DNA from: a virus
Taxonomy: Duplodnaviria; Caudoviricetes
Direction: 5' to 3' (one strand)
Virus record (IMG/VR): IMGVR_UViG_3300048011_000285
Coordinates: 7,113 to 71,112 of that record
Length of the DNA stretch: 64,000 nucleotides
Part shown: piece after piece, positions 59,632 to 64,000 of the stretch
Layout: every line of letters starts with the position of its first letter
Position numbering within the stretch: the first letter of the stretch is position 1
Program-made: the position numbers and the translations under genes
The notes under the pieces: model-generated
Database searches by the model: none
The model's input: the letters and a program-made list of their open reading frames with translations, nothing else
Told to the model about the DNA's origin: nothing

Positions 59632-60552
59632 GTGAACACAAAAATATTAAACTATTATGAAGTTCTTCCTGAGGACAATACATTTGTTGACATTATGGCA
59701 GACATAACTCATAAATGCAACATGACATGTAAGAACTGTTATATACCTAACCGCGATGTCCCAGACATGGATTTAGAAAAATTTAAAGATTTCATGTCAC
59801 GGATTGCCGGTAGATGTATGATTAGAATTGTTGGAGCAGAACCAACAATGAATCCGCTGTGTGAAGAGTACATTAAGGCAGTCTTTGAGAATGGACATAG
59901 ATGTATTCTTCTGACAAACGGTTTAAGGTTATCACATAAAAATTACGTAAATAAATTACACAATGCTGGACTAAGACATATATACCTAAGTCTTAACGGA
60001 GTTGACAATGATGATTGGTACGAGTCTATAGATGAAATGAGATGTGCTAATAAAAAAATAAAAGCATTACAAAATATCCGTGAGCGTAAATTTATATTAG
60101 ATACAGGAACTATTATTGTTCCGGATGTGAATGAAGATGCGCCAGGTGCGTTATTAGAATTGTTTGACAGAGAAAATATTAATAATGCTCTCATGAGAAT
60201 TAAGAATGTTGGTCAATTAGGTAGATTTCAAACAGAAGCCGACGACAATGTAAAAATGGATCAACTAGTTAAACTATGTTCAGAACAAATGAACATCAGC
60301 GAAGACTATATAAATAGTTTCAGAGATAAAAAATTATACGGAATATACGAAGAAAAGAATTCTATACTATTTCCTTTACGTGAGGGTAATAAAATATTAA
60401 ACAGAGGCAGATGGGTTAAGATTACAAATTGGGATACAGACAACGAAATCGGTATACCAGATCCTAACTCGCCAAGGCGTGGGCGCATTACAAAAGATTT
60501 TATGCTTGCACCAACATACGAACACATTAAATTAAACGAAGGTGGATACTAA
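59632..60552 (+). CDS. Radical SAM protein (MoaA-like core, no SPASM)
   Basis: CNMTCKNC, VGAEPT, LTNG, SLNG. Confidence 0.88.
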   Translation: MNTKILNYYEVLPEDNTFVDIMADITHKCNMTCKNCYIPNRDVPDMDLEKFKDFMSRIAGRCMIRIVGAEPTMNPLCEEYIKAVFENGHRCILLTNGLRLSHKNYVNKLHNAGLRHIYLSLNGVDNDDWYESIDEMRCANKKIKALQNIRERKFILDTGTIIVPDVNEDAPGALLELFDRENINNALMRIKNVGQLGRFQTEADDNVKMDQLVKLCSEQMNISEDYINSFRDKKLYGIYEEKNSILFPLREGNKILNRGRWVKITNWDTDNEIGIPDPNSPRRGRITKDFMLAPTYEHIKLNEGGY

Positions 60553-60554
60553 AA

Positions 60555-60791
60555 ATGAGTAAGACTAGAGAAACACTTAAAAAAATTGCTATGGACAGGG
60601 TCGATATCGAATTGACAGATGAAATTATTAATTCCGGTACTTCCTTTAAGGATCTAGGGGTAGATTCTTTGGATTCTATTGAAATTATTGTTTCAATAGA
60701 GGATGAATTAGATATTGAATTATCAGATGAAACGCTAGACGCTGTAACTAATATCAAAGAATTAGCAGACTATTTGTCAGAATTTGACTGA
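60555..60791 (+). CDS. acpP: Acyl carrier protein
   Basis: 78 aa acidic; DLGVDSLD phosphopantetheine site; IEDELDIEL.DE. Confidence 0.92.
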   Translation: MSKTRETLKKIAMDRVDIELTDEIINSGTSFKDLGVDSLDSIEIIVSIEDELDIELSDETLDAVTNIKELADYLSEFD

Positions 60792-61792
60792 TGTTATTAC
60801 CGTTAATTGACGGTATAGAAGTTGATTTAAATGATGATTTAGATTTATATTTTTTCCATGAATACGTACAATGGAAAAACTATAGCTTCAATCGTGTAGA
60901 CAAAAAGGGCATACGAGAAAAAATTAATTTTTCAGAATTCCAAAAGGTATATATGCAAAGAGCGAATACTGGTGGATGGAATTTTGCAGAAGAAGATGTA
61001 TACAATTTTGACGATACACGTTTTGAATTGCCGAATGAGTGCAAGACCATGTGCATTAGCAAAAAAGACAATGATTATGAAACACTTATAATACAACTTG
61101 CAAGTTTAAGTGGACATAGCAGTAGATTAACACAGCCTTTTAGCAATACATCCGAAAGCATTTACAACACGAATGCAGATATTATTGTAGTAAACGAAGA
61201 CCCACTTCGCTTTCCAGAATTTTTATACCCCTCGCATTATATGCTAGGGTGCAGTGAACGATTACACTCTATGAAATTAATGGCAGATGATGTTAGAAGA
61301 ATTATCACTGAAAAGGGAAAGCAATATAAGAAAATTGTAGTATATAGTGACAGTAAACATGCTGGGTCTGGATTGAGTTTTGCAATTGAACTAAGTGATA
61401 TTGTTACTCATTGTTTTACAGTACACGGAACAAACACGCATGATTTTAATGAAAGCCCTATTGTCAAAGATTATCTAGAAAATTACAAGACAGGTTGGCA
61501 TACAAGTCCTGTACAATGGATGCACATTGTAAAATGCTATCAATATACAAATCACTTTGAAATACCAGATCATGTATTAAATCCATTAAAGCATATCAAA
61601 AATTATAATATAAAAGTTGATTACTACCATGGCAAGTACGATGATGAATATAGGCCATTTTTGAAATACGCACAGGAATTAGATACAGGAATAAGTTATC
61701 ATGAAGTTGACTATAGAACAAAATACGAAACTCATAATATTAGAAATCATATAGATAGAAAAATTTTACCCGGATATATCAATGAAATTTGA
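60791..61792 (+). CDS. Hypothetical protein, alpha/beta-hydrolase-like (paralog A)
   Basis: VYSDSKHAGS elbow-like motif, YHGKYD, C-terminal THNIR. Confidence 0.5.
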   Translation: MLLPLIDGIEVDLNDDLDLYFFHEYVQWKNYSFNRVDKKGIREKINFSEFQKVYMQRANTGGWNFAEEDVYNFDDTRFELPNECKTMCISKKDNDYETLIIQLASLSGHSSRLTQPFSNTSESIYNTNADIIVVNEDPLRFPEFLYPSHYMLGCSERLHSMKLMADDVRRIITEKGKQYKKIVVYSDSKHAGSGLSFAIELSDIVTHCFTVHGTNTHDFNESPIVKDYLENYKTGWHTSPVQWMHIVKCYQYTNHFEIPDHVLNPLKHIKNYNIKVDYYHGKYDDEYRPFLKYAQELDTGISYHEVDYRTKYETHNIRNHIDRKILPGYINEI

Positions 61793-62804
61793 ATTTTACA
61801 ATCAATTATGGGACTTTGACGATGATGTAGAGCTATACTTTCTACATGAAAAAATACTCCAATACACATATTCCACCATCAAAAATGACAGTAATAAAAA
61901 AATTGATAGGTTCTCACGAATATACAAGACTGATTTTATTAATATATTAGAACAACGTGCAGAAACAGGCACTATAGAGTTTGCTAGACCATTGGTACAA
62001 AGCTACAACGATGAGTTATTTGAGAATGTATCAGATGATTATACAATGTGTTGGAAGCGAACTAACATAGAACACGACACATTGATTATTCATTTGACAA
62101 GTTTTGCAGGACACGAAGGTCGATTGTCTTCCCCTCTCACAAATGTAAGTGAAAAGATTATTAATTTAGACACAGATTTATTGATTGTAAATGAAGATCC
62201 ATTCAGAATGCCAGAAATTCTATACCCAAGTAATATGGTACTTGGTGTAAGTAATAAATGTGATAGCATAAAATCAACATGTAACCAGATTAGAAAATAT
62301 ATTAATAAAGAATACAAACATGTTATTCTCTACGCAGATAGTAAACATGCTGGATCTGTTGTTAGCATCGCATCAGAATTGCAAGATTTAAATATTCGTG
62401 TGTTAACAACAGGCGGACAATCTACATATAACTGGGAAACATCTCCATGGGTTAAAGGTTATCTGAAATGGTTTAATAGACCCGAATATCTAAAACATCA
62501 ATATATGCCTATCACAGGAGTTGTACTTATGCATATTGTAAAGTGTTATAAATTCAAACAAATGAATATAGACAAGCGTATAACAGACCCATACAAGTTC
62601 TTAAATGATTATGATATACCGGTTGATTTCTTATATGGAAAATATGATACAGATTATCTAGGATTTAAAAACTATGTCGAAAGATTGAAAATAAACAACT
62701 TAACCATGCACGAAATTGACTACAAGATTTCTAGTTTGCAAACACATAACATTCGACCTTATGTTGATAGATTTGTACTAAAAGATTACATAGAAAACTT
62801 ATAA
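61782..62804 (+). CDS. Hypothetical protein, alpha/beta-hydrolase-like (paralog B)
   Basis: Shares NEDP.R.PE.LYPS, DSKHAGS, MHIVKCY, GKYD, THNIR with 60791. Confidence 0.5.
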   Translation: MKFEFYNQLWDFDDDVELYFLHEKILQYTYSTIKNDSNKKIDRFSRIYKTDFINILEQRAETGTIEFARPLVQSYNDELFENVSDDYTMCWKRTNIEHDTLIIHLTSFAGHEGRLSSPLTNVSEKIINLDTDLLIVNEDPFRMPEILYPSNMVLGVSNKCDSIKSTCNQIRKYINKEYKHVILYADSKHAGSVVSIASELQDLNIRVLTTGGQSTYNWETSPWVKGYLKWFNRPEYLKHQYMPITGVVLMHIVKCYKFKQMNIDKRITDPYKFLNDYDIPVDFLYGKYDTDYLGFKNYVERLKINNLTMHEIDYKISSLQTHNIRPYVDRFVLKDYIENL

Positions 62805-63740
62805 GTCACTTAACTGTGGAAATATTAATCTTCTTGCTACTAACTCATTAATATCTTTACCATTATGGGCTAAGATTCCGGTATGAAATGAGAAGGGATC
62901 AATATTGTTAAAATCTTTAGGTACGCTTCTAATGTCTCTGCCTTTTAAATTATTTAATATGTCAATAGGATTACGGTTGCTATTAACAAGTTCATCACGT
63001 TCGGCAAGTAATTCTTTTTCCGCAACGCTTTTTAACCCAGGTATGCCAGACCATAAGTCAAACTCACACAATCTGTCTTTGAATACATTTCGTAGTGTAT
63101 TTTTATATTTTACATATTGTAACTTTTGTATGTCACCGAATAACATTTCTGTTTTATAAAATTTACTAAACCCATGGTCGAAGTCATTTGGTGGTATAAC
63201 GTATTCAATCATATTCGTTATAGGGTTAGTAAAACTAAATCTCCCAACAGTTGGCCACAATACGATTACTTTTAAAGGTAAACATTCTCTTGTTGCTAAC
63301 CACATTGCATTGTGAAATACCACATCGGGTCCGCAGCCGCCAACTCCCCAGTTTATTACCTGCCTACCAGTTAATTTACTCAAGTATTCGCCTATCGTAT
63401 GTTCATACTCTATGCCAACTCCTTGAACGTGAGAACACCCTAGTATCACAATCTTATCTGAAAAATCATAATCATCTGTCATATCATATTGATTGTTTTC
63501 AATGTTAGGGACCCGCATCCCTATATTATTAAAAGAATAATCGATAGGATCAGTTTTAAATCTCCAGTTTTTAAAAAGTCCTGTATATTTAGGATTATCA
63601 AGGTTCGCTTTATATCCTTCTATACTGTCGCTTCCATTAAATGGTTCGGATATTGGATGCCAGTCTTTTGGATCCAGGCTTCTAAAGTTACTGTAAAATA
63701 CGCTGTTATCAAGTTGGGTCATATGAATATTTATGTTCAT
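62799..63740 (-). CDS. SGNH hydrolase-like protein; start uncertain
   Basis: YSFNNIGMR, LGCSHVQGVG, INWGVGG, RD...H.G. Confidence 0.65.
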   Translation of the reverse strand: MNINIHMTQLDNSVFYSNFRSLDPKDWHPISEPFNGSDSIEGYKANLDNPKYTGLFKNWRFKTDPIDYSFNNIGMRVPNIENNQYDMTDDYDFSDKIVILGCSHVQGVGIEYEHTIGEYLSKLTGRQVINWGVGGCGPDVVFHNAMWLATRECLPLKVIVLWPTVGRFSFTNPITNMIEYVIPPNDFDHGFSKFYKTEMLFGDIQKLQYVKYKNTLRNVFKDRLCEFDLWSGIPGLKSVAEKELLAERDELVNSNRNPIDILNNLKGRDIRSVPKDFNNIDPFSFHTGILAHNGKDINELVARRLIFPQLSDL

Positions 63741-63747
63741 TATTTTC

Positions 63748-63788
63748 TTGACAAATCTGCGAATCATGCTATATTAATTAAGTAATCA
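63748..63788 (+). promoter_or_regulatory. Repeated early promoter, copy 4
   Basis: TTGACA-16(CGAATCA)-TATATT-AATTAAGTAATCA. Confidence 0.75.
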
Positions 63789-63805
63789 GAGAGAAAGAGA
63801 ATCAT

Positions 63806-64000
63806 ATGTTTAGAATCCCTAGTTTTTATAAAGACACTGTAGACTTCACAACTGCTTGGAACACAATAACAAACTTTGGTCGTGGTGATGCACTTGAAGG
63901 CATGAATGCTATGCAACGTGTTTGGGAAGAGCATTGTGCATCGGGCAATGAAGACGATGAATTCTTTGAGAATTACGAATACGAAGCGAATGCTTACAAC
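63806..64000 (+). CDS. Small early hypothetical protein (3' truncated)
   Basis: MFRIPSFYKDTVDFTTAWNTI... open to window end; follows early promoter and GAGA RBS. Confidence 0.6.
   Translation, partial: MFRIPSFYKDTVDFTTAWNTITNFGRGDALEGMNAMQRVWEEHCASGNEDDEFFENYEYEANAYN

Noticed and set aside
1-64000. Alternative genetic code (stop reassignment) as in some jumbo phages
   Set aside because: Genes are full length under code 11 and TAA, TGA and TAG all occur as stops at coupled gene junctions
1-64000. Bacterial chromosome origin, given metK, fabF, acpP, apt and bacA
   Set aside because: T4-like polB, clamp-like protein, RNase H, late-promoter motifs and short phage-type ORFs, with no ribosomal or cell-core operons, indicate a phage

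Overview
AT-rich (~35% GC by eye), gene-dense 64 kb segment of a large T4-like/jumbo dsDNA bacteriophage. The host is probably aquatic and possibly alphaproteobacterial (inferred from GANTC-containing promoters and a BacA/SbmA gene). Contents: (i) a probable head polyprotein and a replication block (DsbA-like protein, family B DNA polymerase, adenine MTase, clamp-like protein); (ii) a 7-deazaguanine module (TGT/DpdA-like, QueD-like, FolE, QueE) interleaved with APRT, a glycosyltransferase and MetK; (iii) a MoxR-like AAA ATPase and its usual vWA/metallopeptidase partner, separated by a ~7 kb natural-product-like cluster (acyl-AMP ligase, flavin halogenase, desaturase, GNAT-like, FabF, AhpD-like, Fe/2OG-like oxygenase); (iv) HNH, DHFR, ThyA; (v) a ~22 kb minus-strand tailoring-enzyme array (7 radical SAMs, hydroxylases, QueC-like, methyltransferases, a 10-module glycosyltransferase-like protein, carbamoyltransferase, SGNH proteins), followed by a rSAM-ACP-hydrolase operon. 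The window holds 12 radical SAM genes in total. No tRNA, rRNA or CRISPR array was recognised. All product calls come from motifs read by eye; no database searches were run.
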